64,000 nucleotides of DNA. Source: Macrostomum hystrix. Taxonomy: Eukaryota; Animalia; Platyhelminthes. Of this stretch, positions 48,296-62,105 are shown in pieces. Every line of letters begins with the position of its first letter. Position 1 is the stretch's first letter. Under the pieces are notes generated by a model. It saw only the letters and a list, made by a program, of their open reading frames with translations, was not told where the DNA came from and ran no database searches. A program made the position numbers and the translations under genes. The stretch is from NCBI GenBank assembly GCA_950097015.1, contig CATNEN010000038.1, positions 29,884,001-29,948,000 of the forward strand, in the 5' to 3' direction.

Positions 48296-50978
48296 ATGGA
48301 CAGCTATAATAATTGCTCGGACAAAAGTGAAGAAGTCGACAATGCTAATAGTTTTGCGCGTGCTAACTCATTTATCGATCCTTTAATTCAGTTACCCTGT
48401 GAACTGCAGAGTCGTATCCTGGGTCTCCTTGATATTCGATCGTTAGCAGCTTGTCGTTTGGTAAGCAACCATTGGCTGGTACGAGTTGATGATGACAGCC
48501 ACTTGTGGTCAGCGGTAGGCCTACGAATGGGTTTACGCCGACGTCCATCGCGTGACTGCGCCAGCGATCGACGCTTTGTACAGGAGACTGCATCTAAGTG
48601 TCGCCTGTCCTGTGCGTGGATTGACTGCGCCGAAGGCGAATTCGAAAGTCGCAGCGACACTGCTTTGCTGCCATTTATTACAGAGAAGAGATCGACTTCA
48701 ATGTGGCGATTGGTTTGTCTGCGCGCTTGTCAGCTGCCAGGTAAAAAGAGCTCCAATAGACTTTTTTGTCTTTGTCTTTGCGAGCGATTGCCATACGGTG
48801 CTGAGGCTTGCATTATTCTAGATTTTTTATACTGAATATAAAAAACTAGTTGATGAAAAGTTTCTGTTTCGGAAAACAGGTCGACAAGCGCGTCTCCATC
48901 TTTGGCATTACGCTTCCAACACTGGCCGACTGAGTGAAGCAGACAGCTGCCAAAGTGCACGACTCAGGTGTCCGGCTGGAAGCGTTGATGACACCTTCAG
49001 CTGGTGGCCAGGCGCTCTGTCGTCCGGCTGTCACGTTGGCGGCCATTTAGGCTGTTTAGCCGACTGTGGTGGCGTTGCTTGCGCAGTTGCTCAACCAACG
49101 GGTGCCGCTGGATCCATTGCTTCGCTGGTTCGGCTACCGTTGGAGCCATTTTATACACCAACAATGTCCAAATGGTCGATTCTGGACCTGACCGGCTGCT
49201 CAGGTAGGCGAGAACGATTGGCTGCCATCGCCGTTCACACCTGCAGCGGTGGTAGCAATAACAATCATCATGAAAGCAATGGTGGTCGTCGCAACAGTTT
49301 TCATAGTCGCAGCATGACATCCATGCAGAGCAGTACTAGCAGCAGCTGCCAAGTCGCCCTGGGGCTGACTGCATCGGATCGTCTAATGGCTTGGATTGCT
49401 TCGGACAAGGTAGATCCAAAATACTTTTGAATTAAGTATCCCAAGTTGACATTGTGTACAAAAAAAATTTCACAAGTGAATTGGAACTTTAATCACTGCC
49501 TTTGCCGCACTAATAAAAATTGCAGGCTTCATCCACACCTGAGGTTAAAACTCCGATTGCTGCTTCCCTCCAACTGACACCGCTGGCATCTCAGAAGTCT
49601 GTTTCGCATAACTGCGAAGAATCAAAGCCGTCACAGTGCCGCCTCTGGTGTCTACCGGAATCTTATGCGCGGCGTCGACGACGTTGCAACCTGCGTCGTC
49701 GTCGAGTGAGCCTAGCGACGCTTATGCCAACATCGATGTCGCCATCTTCGCAACCGCGTCGAACTTTTGTAGTGGCCACGCTGAGCGACGGCTCAGCCGC
49801 GGTGGCTCAAATTCACTGCGCCTGCTGCTGCTACCGCGGGGAAGTCGGAGGCGACAGCAAGGAAGTTCGGCTTCAACATGTGGTTCGAATCGGGGGCGAC
49901 GATCTTCTCGTCCGCGACATCCTACCCAACGCATCGTCGCCACCGCCTTCTCGCGGCTTTTTAGACACGAACGAATACGACAGAGGAGATAGTGACGACG
50001 ATTGCGTCGGCTTCAAAGCGATAATGACGTCATCTTCGAAATCTACTGATTCAACGGACGCAGAGCCAATATTCTGGCTTCGAGAATTCATATGTCGCGA
50101 CGACTGCAAGCCGCCAGGCTCGGAAGCGGCTGTAGATGCCAGGGACACATGGATCTGCCGTACTGCAGTTGCCTATCAGTTGCCCAGTAACTACGAGAGG
50201 CTCATGCTGTGTGCTGCTGGACGGACCTTCCTCTGTTTGTTTGCATCGCACTGGTCAGCTGGAGCAGCGCTGCTAATCTATAGGCGAGCAACTGCTGCGC
50301 CTCTCTGCGTAGTAGATTTTCCACAATATGCCGACACGTTTCCTAGGTGAGTACGAGTAGATTAATGATTGCCATAAATATTAGGGTGGATTGCAAGTTA
50401 CACTTTCAAACGTTTTTTTATTGGTTTTAATATTTGTCAGGCCACAAAAAAGTCACTTTTTTAGCCTCAGGTAGTTACTCATACTCGTTTGCTTATTTGC
50501 TTCAATTTCCACAATGAGATCTTTCACCTGCCTCTCAACCAGGTACGAGCTTCACCCGCCTGTGTGGGTCAATCAGGCGTGGTTCGATCGCGGCATCGCC
50601 AGCGACGTCGCTGACGTCAGCTCAGACAGAGAGGTCGATAGCGAAGCAGAGAATGGCGACAATCTAGACGATGAGAGTGAAGAAGCAGTAACGAAGAAGG
50701 CAGAGGAGGATGGCTCGGCGACTCCGCAACCGCTGCTATTGTTCTCCTGTCCTGTGCGCGGCTTCAGCCGCTGCCTGCTTCTCAGCTGCTCCCGGCTCGG
50801 TGGTTCTGAGTTGGATGTTGCGATGGCAACGTCAGTAGCAGCGGAGGCGGAAGATACCTCATGCTGCAGTACGGACTCGAAACGAAAAAGTGGCCTACGA
50901 TTGGTTGCCTGCAGCGGGCTGGATTTCAACGGTTGCGAAGTGTTTTCGCGTCGGCGTAGCGCCATTCAGCCGCATTAA
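48296..50978 (+). CDS. F-box domain protein, ~743 aa
   Basis: Exons 48296-48740, 48880-49409, 49526-50346, 50543-50978 join in frame (2232 nt); F-box DPLIQLPCELQSRILGLLDIRSLAACRLVSNHW. Confidence 0.8.
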
Positions 50979-51204
50979 GTCAAAATTAATATTGTAGTTT
51001 AGAAACATCAATCATAAATTAAGTTGCTTACTGCAATGCTTCTAAAAATGTATAGCAGATATATTTCCGTCTACTGAATCAAAAGTTTACAACTTTACGT
51101 GTTCTATTATACATTTGTTGAAAGCAAATCTATTGAAAAAAACACGTACGTTTAATTAACATTTTAGAGTTGGAAAGCTTCCATGGAGAGGTAAAGGTAA
51201 TATG

Positions 51205-51537
51205 CATAACAATATTAGCAGGAGGGCTCTGGACACTAAGACAATTTATGAGTAGATCCGCAGCCAGCTAGGAGGCAATTCTGCTCATTCTGCTGACTCT
51301 TAAGCACACACGTACACAGACTCACACAGGGGTGTACATCTGCCCTTAATTTCTCATCGTCAGGCAGTGTACACTCTTACTGTGCCTTAGAAGTTGGCCC
51401 TCAATGGTGTAAATTGTACGACAAGCACACAAGCCTTCTCTCCGCGGCTGCACTCCAAATAAAATTGCCTTCTTGCAAGCGGAATCGAGCTCAGGGACCT
51501 TGGTGCGAGAGGCAGACGCGATAGACCGCTGTGCCAA
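51205..51537 (-). mobile_element. SINE family A copy
   Basis: Reverse complement of 6912-7247. Confidence 0.8.
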
Positions 51538-52010
51538 TCAACTCACCTTCGAGTGGAGTTAGGTTTAATCTCGTGTCAATGATTTTCGGCCTATAAAACT
51601 ATTTAATTCTTACTTCAAAGACAGATCTAAAAATATTTTATTGTGTCTATCTGCGCTTTTTCTACTCTATTTTACGAGCGTATTTGTACTTCACGTCACA
51701 AGCGCACCTTCGGTAAAGGAATTTTATTCCTTAATTAAAACTTCCCTATACTCAATTGGAAATTTCTCCCTATTCTTAAAAACTGCCTTAAATAATTTGA
51801 CTGTTCGTATTTTTGTCAATAAAGTACTCGAATGAGTATGTTTAAAATTTTGTCAACTTTTGTTGATAAATCCGGCCCGACGATCGTCTTGGAGAAGAAC
51901 GGGGCTAAATGTTACATTTATATGTGAGTGCAAAAAGGTCGCTTTGCGAAATTAGGCTTTGGCTCTGGACTCTAACTGCTTTGTTGGATGTTTTGTTTAT
52001 TTTGTTGAAA

Positions 52011-52284
52011 TACGTTAAAATACACAAAAATAATCCATTATCGGCCCAACTTTTCGGGCCAAAATGACATCGTCTATGGCAATAATCGAATATCAGCCCG
52101 CCCGATAGCCACGTAGTCATGGTACAATAACATTGTGGACCCTGGAAAGCTAGTTTAAGTTGGTTAATTGTACCATGACTACGTGGCTATCGGGCGGGCT
52201 GATATTCGATTATTGCCATAGACGATGTCATTTTGGCCCGAAAAGTTGGGCCGATAATGGATTATTTTTGTGTATTTTAACGTA
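52011..52284. repeat. perfect inverted repeat, 118-bp arms, 38-bp spacer
   Basis: 52011-52128 is the reverse complement of 52167-52284. Confidence 0.95.
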
Positions 52285-52934
52285 TAGCCACATACTATAA
52301 GCCACATAGTCTATGGTACAATCACAGTATTACCCAGGCTTTGCGGGCGATAATGAGAAATCCCTCGGGCGCCTTCGGCGCCCTCTGGCTTTCCCATTAT
52401 CGCCCTGAAAGCCTGGGTAATAATATACTATTAGCACGTGCATAGTTTTGGTCCATAGAGTGCGAAACTGCAAAAAGTGGACTGATTAATTCGAAATGTC
52501 TGCAGAACACATGTTTAAAGCAAGATTACAGCGATTTAATTTCATTACATATAGAAAGCCAGCTTTTGCAAAAACCTGAATTATCTTATCTATCTTTTTT
52601 CAGTCAATTTGCTTGAAATTGCATAGCACGAAATGTGTCTTTTGATCTCCAAACTGCTTTTAAATTGTCAAAACGAAGATTAGACGCAAACCGGCAAGCT
52701 AAGAATCACCACATACTTTGCTGACCTAAAATTCAAGGTTTTAAATTGTACATACTTTCTGAGGCCACCCACCGTTCTGAAGCGTTCTGCTCCACTGGTT
52801 CAACTATGGTTCGTTCGATAATTTGGTAAGCGCGGGTTTGAATTGACTACAATTCAGACAACTTTTAATACTTTTTTATCAATAAAAATAGTCATAACTT
52901 ACTACTGTGCTGATACTACTTTATCAAATGATTT

Positions 52935-53078
52935 GAGAGATGAGACACGGGAGGGAGGAGACATTGCAGGGATGAGACAGTGGATAGATGATACATGATA
53001 AAGATCAGAGGCAATGAGCAGGATTAAGGAGTTTTAAAGGCCGTATCTTGCCCCATGGGCCGGACGTTGCCCCAGACC
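52935..53078 (-). mobile_element. degenerate relative of the 20423 hAT MITE left end
   Basis: GAGATGAGACA units, then GGCCGTATCTTGCCCCATGGGCCGGACGTTGCCC, similar to the reverse complement of GCAACCTCCGGCCCGCGGGCCAGATGCGGCC. Confidence 0.5.
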
Positions 53079-53974
53079 ACTGATTTGCACGAGTGTATTT
53101 TACAGTCACAATTAGCTTCACCTAAGATTCACTTGAGATTCACCTTTAATCTTTATTGTTAACTGTGTTTAGTTGCTGATTACACACGGTAATAGACGAT
53201 GGGAAAGTTACAGACGAAGAGATTACCATTATCTGCAGTTAATACTTCATGTGTGTCCCAAATTTATTTATACTTCTCGCTAAATTTAACAATATCAACT
53301 GCAGCAACAAAACAAACCATCAGTCAGTGACGTAATCTCCTTGGCATTAAATAACAGCGTCGCAGTGATCCCAAAGTCGATGCAACTCCTGCTGCAGGCT
53401 CTCAATCTCTAGGCCCCTTACCCACTGCAACGTCGCCTCTTGCACTTCAACATGGTTCTCAAACTGCATGTCGATGCTCGAAGTCTCGCTTCAGCCAAAA
53501 AACAAAAAACGGTCACAAATTAAAGATTAAAATCTGGACTGTACGGTGTCTGGTGCAGCAATCGGATGCCTCGTTTCTCCATGAAATGTTGAGTTGCTGA
53601 AGCGAGACTTCGAGTTGCTGAAGCGAAACCATTAATCACGAATTTATTTGAATGTTATTATTAAAGTATTTTAGGGACGTATGCAGGAGGCCGTGTAAAG
53701 TTAAAATGGAAAGAAATGCGAAGAGCTCGGCATGGGGAGAGAGAAAGTTAAAAAAGTAAGAGCATAACAAAATAAGAGTATACACAATGTGACGCCGTCA
53801 CACTCGCTTCCCTCTCTCTAATAAGGCGGTAGAAGGACGAAAGCATATTATCAGGGGGGGGGGAATTCCCCCCCTGACAATTTTTTTTGCTGCACCCGAA
53901 CGGAACAATGCAAGCTCACGAAACTCAAGAACACGGGCCAACTTTTTGTTGCGCATCTTCTGAAGCAAGAAACA

Positions 53975-54446
53975 AGTCGCCAGCTTTTCAGACGGTCGAG
54001 ATATTCAATGTTTCTGGCCGAAAGTCCGATTTTTCCTGTAAGAGCTAGTGTATTTGATACACCCCCTATACACGAATTTGCACTGCGCCTCAGTGCGGCC
54101 TTTCCAGACCTTCAAACTTTATCAGCATGTCACCCGAATGTGCTTGCATCATCTCCGTCTTTGGTGGTCACCTACCTTTATCTAGACGGACTGCCGGACC
54201 TTCAAATGCAAAAAATGTGGAAATAGGCCACTCTGGACACGCTGACGCGAATTTCTAAAATTTCACTGCTGAAGCCTAAATATTAGGCGCAGCTCAACTA
54301 CAGTACACCATGGCCTAGTCTGTCAACCAATCAGTCACCACCCTACGCGGTTAGCTTTCAGGCGCTGCCAAAAATGTTCTCAGGGGGGGAATCCCCCCTT
54401 GGTATAAAAATGGGCGGCAAAATGGCTTGGTAGTCCTACTGTTAAA
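53975..54446 (+). repeat. dispersed repeat; inverted copy at 62106-62578
   Basis: Shared blocks such as GGTGGTCACCTACCTTTATCTAGACGGACT, TTTGCACTGCGCCTCAGTGCGGCCTT and GCTTGGTAGTCCTACTGTTAA. Confidence 0.85.
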
Positions 54447-55550
54447 CGAGCACCGATCCTAACAGTAAGATGAAGTGAATATTAAAACAAAAGCAAGCAA
54501 TATTCTAAGTGAAGCGGAATTCAAGCTATTAGGTAATATAGAAAGGAGGCTGAATTACTGCAAAAATTAATTGTACATTGGCATACCATTTAAAGAAAAC
54601 AAAACACGCGAAGATAACAAAGAACGGCGAGGATTGATGCAGAGTGCATCCACAATTCAATTCTATCATCAACAGCAAAAGCGGAAGGATCTTGTTTATT
54701 CTTTTTTGAGCCAAAAGTAAGGAAATATTTTTAGATCATATTCAGCTGATCTAGAAAAAATATGTCACTAACTGAAACTGCTACTTTTTTAGTTTCAACC
54801 GTTTTTGAGCATGGCTTCAAGCGTTTATTCGATTCAAAACTAAACCTAGACTGTTCGTCGAGTATGCGTAGCTTCTTGCGTTATTTTATTTTCAAAACGC
54901 CAGAAATTACTCGCACGTGTTTCAAAATGGCTAATCGGTGCAAATGGCATTATTCTTTTTAAAATTTAGCGTTTTTTCGAGCAGGGAAGCAATCATTATT
55001 TTTTTACATTAAAAAAGCAAAATAAAATTGGACGGAAATATGAAACTAAAGAATATAGCGCTATAGATACCAATGGGTAGCGTGCATGATATATCAAGTA
55101 AATTGCATGGCATTTGTGAAGAAAAGCATTAGATATCTAGTGAGTATAATGTTTCTTGAATAGATTGCATCGGATTTCTAGGAAAAAAAGAAATTTCCAG
55201 GGGATAACATATTATACTTTGATGGTAAAGTACATTTTTTCAAAGGATAGAATAAGTTTTTGATGGGTGTAGCATAAATTGTTACTGAGAAGCATGAATT
55301 ATGGATGAAATTGCATGACTTATCAAGGGAAGCATAAATTACCTAGGGTGTTGCATGAACTATTGAGGGATAGCTAATTATATTTAGGCCTACTAATTGG
55401 TAGGTAACTGTTTTCTATTTTCATTTTTATTAAGCTCTTTTTGTGTACGACTGTTAATATAGTGGGAAAAAACAGAGTTTTTCAAGTGTCTCACCAAGTG
55501 TTATTCAATATAAAAGTAAGGAAAGATTTTCGAGCATAGCTGCAAACGTT

Positions 55551-58045
55551 ATTGACGAACCTTTGACGAAAATGTCCAAAGGAGTCGCCCCTAGAAAGGC
55601 GTTCATGCTTCAAACGGATGAACGCTTCAGATAAAGACGCCACGGTTTTAGACTCGAGAGCCTCTGCCCGCATTGGTCCGCCCAGCGCTCCGCTTTGTTG
55701 ATGAAGCCCTGCAGAATGTCCCTGGCGGTGTCCGCCGAAGGGCCCACGCAAATCGTGGTCACATCATCACCAGCATATCGCACTTTCAGGACAGGATCAG
55801 GCTGAGCATCGTTAAGCAGCTCATGTATTACGAGGTTCAACAAAACCGGAGTGAGGACACCGCCCTGGGGGCCCCCTTTCCGGACCGGCGCAGAGCGTCG
55901 GAAGCCGTTCAGGTGGGTCACAACAGTACGGTTCCGGATCATGTACATGAGGTGCGGGTGCGTCTCCCTGGCCTCAAGAGCTCTGTTGAAGGCTTCGCAC
56001 AGAACGTTGTCGAAAACTCCCTCGATGTCCAGGAAGACCGAAAGAGCAAAGCCGGAACACAGCACTGCTCGTTCTAGTGTCTCTTCAATGACATGAAGAG
56101 CGCTCTCGGTTGACCGGCCAGCCCGGAAGGCGTGCTGGTTGCGCGAGATCGGGTATCGCTACAGCCCCACAGAAAGCATGCGCAAGAGCGCCAGCCTTTA
56201 AAAGAGCTTGAGGCACAAGGACGTCAGGCTTACCGTCAGAGCTTGAGGCCTTTTGCGGGATGTGGAAGACAGACCACACGAGCCACGGTAAGAAAGACAA
56301 TCGACTGTGTTAGGCCATGCCCTTCTGTAGAGTGGTCTGGCGGGCCCTGCTGAATCGGCGCGGTAGGGAAGAAGTGATTGAGCATGCACTCCAAAGTTAC
56401 TTCTGGATTCGCTGTGGTCGACCCATCCGGCCTTTTGATCACAGAAAGCTTGGAGAAGCGGTCGCTAGTGAGAGTCTTAACCACGCGGGCGGTGGGGCAG
56501 GAGCCCTCAAGCCCTTCGCAGTACTGCCGCCACTTTGCCGCTTTGGCCCTTCTGACAGTGCCCTTAAACTCATGAATCGCTTGAGTATAGACGTCCTTAT
56601 CAGAGGGGTCCTTATAGTATTTAGAAACCGCCTTTGCAGAGCTTTGGCTCGGCGTCTAAGGTTCCACCAAGGGGCAGATTTCTTACTTTGTAAGCTTTGA
56701 GGGGACAAGCCTCCTCATAGGCTGTGATTCTCCAACGAGATAGCGACATCATCGGCAGTCTGAAAATCTTGGGTCGACGTATCGAGGATACGTCGGTTGT
56801 ATCGAGGTCCCGAGTTTTGCTGCTCACCAAAAGTTCTGATGTTGCTCAGCTTTGCCCAATCGGTATTCCTGACATTCCTGCTTCACGTGATTTCTTTTTC
56901 GATCGACTGATGCTGAAGCGGATGAAACGGTGGTCCCATAGAGAGTCTTCAGAGTCCCACACCTCCCACGCAGACACCCTAGCCAGGATGCTCGGGGAGG
57001 CGATGGTCGCGTCGAGGACCTCTGCCCATCAACCGTTGTCCAACTTTGGTGCGCAGCCAACATTACAGAAATTTAATGAGGTGCCATCGATTTAAGCTAG
57101 AAGCTCCTCGCCGCGATCGTTAATGTTCTTGCTGCCCCAGTGCGTGTGCTGCGCGTTCACAGGTCACCAGCAATGAGTTGAGTAATTTCAACTTGCGTGC
57201 CTTAGTGTATTCATAGAGCGCCACTAATGCTTCGCTGACGACTGGGGCCTCGCCCGGAAAGTAGGCTGAGGCCACTAGTGTCGTCTTATTAGGCATAATG
57301 TGCTTGGCTAGGATGACACGATGTCCTCAGTCGACAGATCTGGAAATAGCGCTGAGCCTTGGGGGCGGCGGCCCTTCGGCTGAGGGTGCAACCGGCACTG
57401 GGATGTCCCTGTCGTGCCCAGTGGGTGTGGCCTTCGGTCGGCAGCTTTGTTGGGCAGGAGGCCATCAGAGGCTGCATAGAAAAAAGGTGGGGCTTCCTGT
57501 AAAAACAGGCAAGGGGCCCGCTCAGCCCCTTTCCCAAACTGAGCATCGGGCCTTCCAAAAAGCAAAAAACAGATACAACCCGGTGTGGAAGGCCTTTGCC
57601 ACCGGGAGGAACCGTTATCGGCCAAGCGTCCATCAGCACGGTCAGACACTGGGATATTGGAGGGTGCGAGGAAGCGCGCTCCATCGCCTGCGATCGGGAA
57701 ACCGCATGCCCTGTTAAGGTCAAAGGGTTACACCTTTCCCTCCAGCCATAGCCAGAGGTACCTGATCACGCACAGGTGCACGATGCTGCGGACTGGCCGC
57801 ATGCCCTGTTGTGGTCGAAAAGTGACACTTTTCCCCCAGCCGAGGCATGAGGTACCCATTTAGGCCAGAGGCCCTGGATGGGTCGTCCAGCGCTGTTGCC
57901 CCTTCTGTCCGGCTGCCCTAGGGTCAGAATTGAACACTCGGGGGACGTGTGCCCATGGGTCAGCTGACGGGACAGCATGGAGGGATTCCTGCACCTGAAG
58001 GCACAGGGCACCCTCTGTGCCTTCTCGGATATCTGGAATTATCCA
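55551..58045 (-). mobile_element. decayed non-LTR retrotransposon (R1/LOA-like): ORF1 zinc-knuckle remnant, APE endonuclease and RT
   Basis: VFLDIEGVFDNV, GGPQGGVLTPVLLNLV, YAGDDV (RT); NAQHTHWGSKNINDRGEEL and WDHRFIRF (APE); GHTSPEC knuckle; many frameshifts. Confidence 0.88.
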
Positions 58046-58362
58046 GAAGGAAACAAAAATTATTCATGGGAAAGCATTGAAAAATTGAAAAGAAACTTTT
58101 TCGAGTGCAGCATTAAGTTTTATTCGATACAAAACTGAGGAAAGAATTTTCGAGCATATCTGCCAGCGTTTTTAGATTCAGAAATATAAGAAAATACTTT
58201 GAGCACAGCTATTAGCGCTGTTCATTTCTAATTCTAACGTTTTTTCAAGCATTTTTTAAAGCAATATCCGAAAGGATTAAAAAATAAATGAAGACTGTCT
58301 GAGCACACGTTGCTGTTAGCATTTTTTATTTCTAAAAACTAGAAGCAAATTTTTTAAGACGA

Positions 58363-60795
58363 TCGAAGGGGTAGCATGAATTATCGACGGGGTAGCATGA
58401 ATTATCGACGGGGTAGCATGAATTATAGAAGGGGTAGCATGAATTATCGACGGGGTAGCATATGAATTATCGACGGGGTAGCATGAATTATCGAAGGGGT
58501 AGCATGAATTATCGAAGGGGTAGCATGAATTATCGAAGGGGTAGCATGAATTATCGAAGGGGTAGCATGAATTATCGAAGGGGTAGCATGAATTATCGAA
58601 AGCGTAGCATGAATTATCGAAAGCGTAGCATGAATTATCGAAGGGGTAGCATGAATTATCGAAGGGGTAGCATGAATTATCGAAGGGTAGCATGAATTAT
58701 CTACGGGGTAGCATGAATTATAGAAGGGGTAGCATGAATTATCGATGGGTAGCATGAATTATCGAAGGGGTAGCATGAATTATCGACGGGGTAGCATGAA
58801 TTATAGAAGGGGTAGCATGAATTATCGAAGGGTAGCATGAATTATCGACGGGGTAGCATGAATTATCGACGGGGTAGCATGAATTATCGAAGGGGTAGCA
58901 TGAATTATCGAAGGCGTAGCATGAAATATCGAAGGGTAGCATGAATTATCGAAGGGGTAGCATGAATTATCGAAGGGTAGCATGAATTATCGAAGGGGTA
59001 GCATGAATTATCGAAGGGGTAGCATGAATTATCGAAGGGGTAGCATGAATTATCGAAGGGGTAGCATGAATTATCGATGGGCTAGCATGAATTATCGAAG
59101 GGGTAGCATGATTTATCGATGGGGTAGCATGAATTATCGATGGGCTAGCATGAATTATCGATGGGCTAGCATGAATTATCGAAGGGCTAGCATGAATTAT
59201 CGAAGGGCTAGCATGAATTATCGAAGGGCTAGCATGAATTATCGATGGGCTAGCATGAATTATCGAAGGGGTAGCATGATTTATCGATGGGGTAGCATGA
59301 ATTATCGATGGGCTAGCATGAATTATCGATGGGCTAGCATGAATTATCGAAGGGCTAGCATGATTTATCGAAGGGTAGCATGAATTATCGAAGGGGTAGC
59401 ATGAATTATCGAAGGGGTTGCATGAATTATCGAAGGGTTGCATGAATTATCGAAGGGGTTGCATGAATTATCGAAGGGCTAGCATGAATTATCGAAGGGG
59501 TAGCATGAATTATCGAAGGGCTAGCATGAATTATCGATGGGCTAGCATGAATTATCGATGGGCTAGCATGAATTATCGATGGGCTAGCATGAATTATCGA
59601 AGGGGTAGCATGAATTATCGATGGGCTAGCATGAATTATCGAAGGGGTAGCATGAATTATCGCAGGGGCAGCATGAATTATCGAAGGGGTAGCATGAATT
59701 ATCGAAGGGGTAGCATGAATTATCGAAGGGGTAGCATGAATTATCGAAGGGGTAGCATGAATTATCGAAGGGGTAGCATGAATTATCGAAGGGGTTGCAT
59801 GAATTATCGAAGGGGTTGCATGAAATATCGAAGGGGTTGCATGAAATATCGAAGGGTAGCATGAATTATCGAAGGGGTTGCATGAAATATCGAAGGGGTA
59901 GCATGCTTTGCCGAGGGATATATCATAGGGGTAGCATGAATTATCGAAGGGGTAGCATGAATTATCGAAGGGTAGCATGAAATATCGAAGGGGTAGCATG
60001 AATTATCGAAGGGTAGCATGAATTATCGAAGGGCTAGCATGAATTATCGAAGGGTAGCATGAATTATCGAAGGGGTAGCATGAATTATCGAAGGGGTAGC
60101 ATGAATTATCGAAGGGGTAGCATGAATTATCGAATGGTAGCATGATTTATCGAAGGGTAGCATGAATTATCGATGGGCTAGCATGAATTATCGATGGGCT
60201 AGCATGAATTATCGAAGGGGTAGCATGAATTATCGAAGGGGTAGCATGAATTATCGAAGGGGTAGCATGAATTATCGAAGGGGTAGCATGAATTATAGAA
60301 GGGCTAGCATGAATTATCGAAGGGGTAGCATGAATTATAGATGGGGTAGCATGAATTATCGAAGGGCTAGCATGAATTATCGAAGGGGTAGCATGAATTA
60401 TCGAAGGGGTAGCATGAATTATCGAAGGGGTTGCATGAATTATCGAAGGGGTTGCATGAAATATCGAAGGGGTTGCATGAAATATCGAAGGGTAGCATGA
60501 ATTATCGAAGGGTAGCATGAAATATCGAAGGGGTAGCATGCTTTGCCGAGGGATATATCATAGGGGTAGCATGAATTATCGAAGGGGTAGCATGAATTAT
60601 CGAAGGGTAGCATGAAATATCGAAGGGGTAGCATGAATTATCGAAGGGTAGCATGAATTATCGAAGGGCTAGCATGAATTATCGAAGGGTAGCATGAATT
60701 ATCGAAGGGGTAGCATGAATTATCGAAGGGGTAGCATGAATTATCGAAGGGTAGCATGAATTATCGAAGGGGTAGCATGCTTTGCCGAGGGATAT
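58363..60795. repeat. 21-bp satellite (GCATGAATTATCGAAGGGGTA)n with higher-order duplications
   Basis: More than 100 units; the interrupting motif CTTTGCCGAGGGATATA recurs at ~59906, ~60541 and ~60780. Confidence 0.97.
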
Positions 60796-62105
60796 AGCAT
60801 ATTTATCTGATTTATCGAAGAGTTATCAAGTAAGAAAAAGCAGAGTAGTGAAATTGCGTATTTTAAATTCTTCTTCTTCTAAGGGCTTTAAACCGTGATC
60901 TTCTTCCCCCAAAGAAACGTGATCTTCTTGGTTGCTGGTCATATACTATTATTTAGTAGTAGATTTTACAGCGCGTAGACATCTACTTCGTATGTCGAAA
61001 ATTAGAAACAATCTTTTGTACTTTTAAACAAATCTGTTATTATTTATGCTATAATTTTGTATCCAACGAAATTCACATAAAAATTTTATGTAAAATGCTA
61101 TGCCAGCAGCTTTTGACTGCGATTTTTTATCTTAAAAAAATAAATAGCTGAGTGACGATCGATAAAGCTCGTCTCGGAGTCTATTCGGCTATTTTTAAAC
61201 ATCGAAATATCCTACTCAGTCGTTGAGCAGATAAGCCTTGAGCTCTATTGACATCGCCTGCGCCCGCATGCCTTGAGGGATCGAGTCTGCAATGGGTAAT
61301 GCAAATTATATCTCCAGCAGCCCGGGCCTCATGGGAATTTAGATTGGCTAAATTTAGAACTTTAATCCCTTCCAAATGTCTCAATCAGATACGCATTATA
61401 GGTGCAATTAGATGGGATTCAAGATTCGTTTGTCCCCTCCACTCGTCGCAACTCTTTAGTTACGTTTATGATAAATTTAATCTGTGACGCATTTCTAAAT
61501 GTACTTTTACACTTGCTGCAGGTTCGGGTATTATATTCTTAGAATTTTCTTAGGGAATTGGCCGCGCGAGGCACCTTTCGCAACCCAAATGTAAAAGAGG
61601 CTCAGCATTAGGGGTGCATCTCACCCACGCCAGCAGCACCATGCTGATTCGCTGGGTTGGCGTTAGCGATCTTCACTCGTCTGGCCTGTCAAATGAAGGC
61701 GTGGAGATCGTGGATTCTCTCCGGAGTGGTGACCAAGATCTCATATCTGCGCTATTTCACAAATAACGGGCAGAAGGTGACGCGGTGTGCCGCGGTTTCC
61801 TCCTAGGGCTGCAGAAGAGCCAGGTTGAAGAAGACCAGTAATGGCCATGCACATTTCCCTGTGGTCAGACGTGTCGATAAAAATCTGCTAATCAGAGACT
61901 TTCCGGTCAATTTTCGGGCATAGCGGAACAGGCTTGTCTGTAGTGATCACAGCTGTTCCAGAGTGTCACGTGCTGGCGCTAGAGTCACTTCTTAATGGTT
62001 CGGATGATCATTGATGTTGGCATCGGACATTCTCAGGCTTTACCATCCTTGGCTTATCGGCGAGCTCATTGCCGAGGATGTTGCTCTGACCTGGCGTCTA
62101 GATCG

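Noticed and set aside
330-60795. Regular 20-48 bp repeats resembling CRISPR arrays
   Set aside because: Units are head-to-tail with no unique spacers, there are no cas genes, and the context is eukaryotic
61550-62000. Possible RTE-like LINE 3' remnant on the minus strand
   Set aside because: Only a vague resemblance (TLEQL*SLQTSLFRYA), no diagnostic motif
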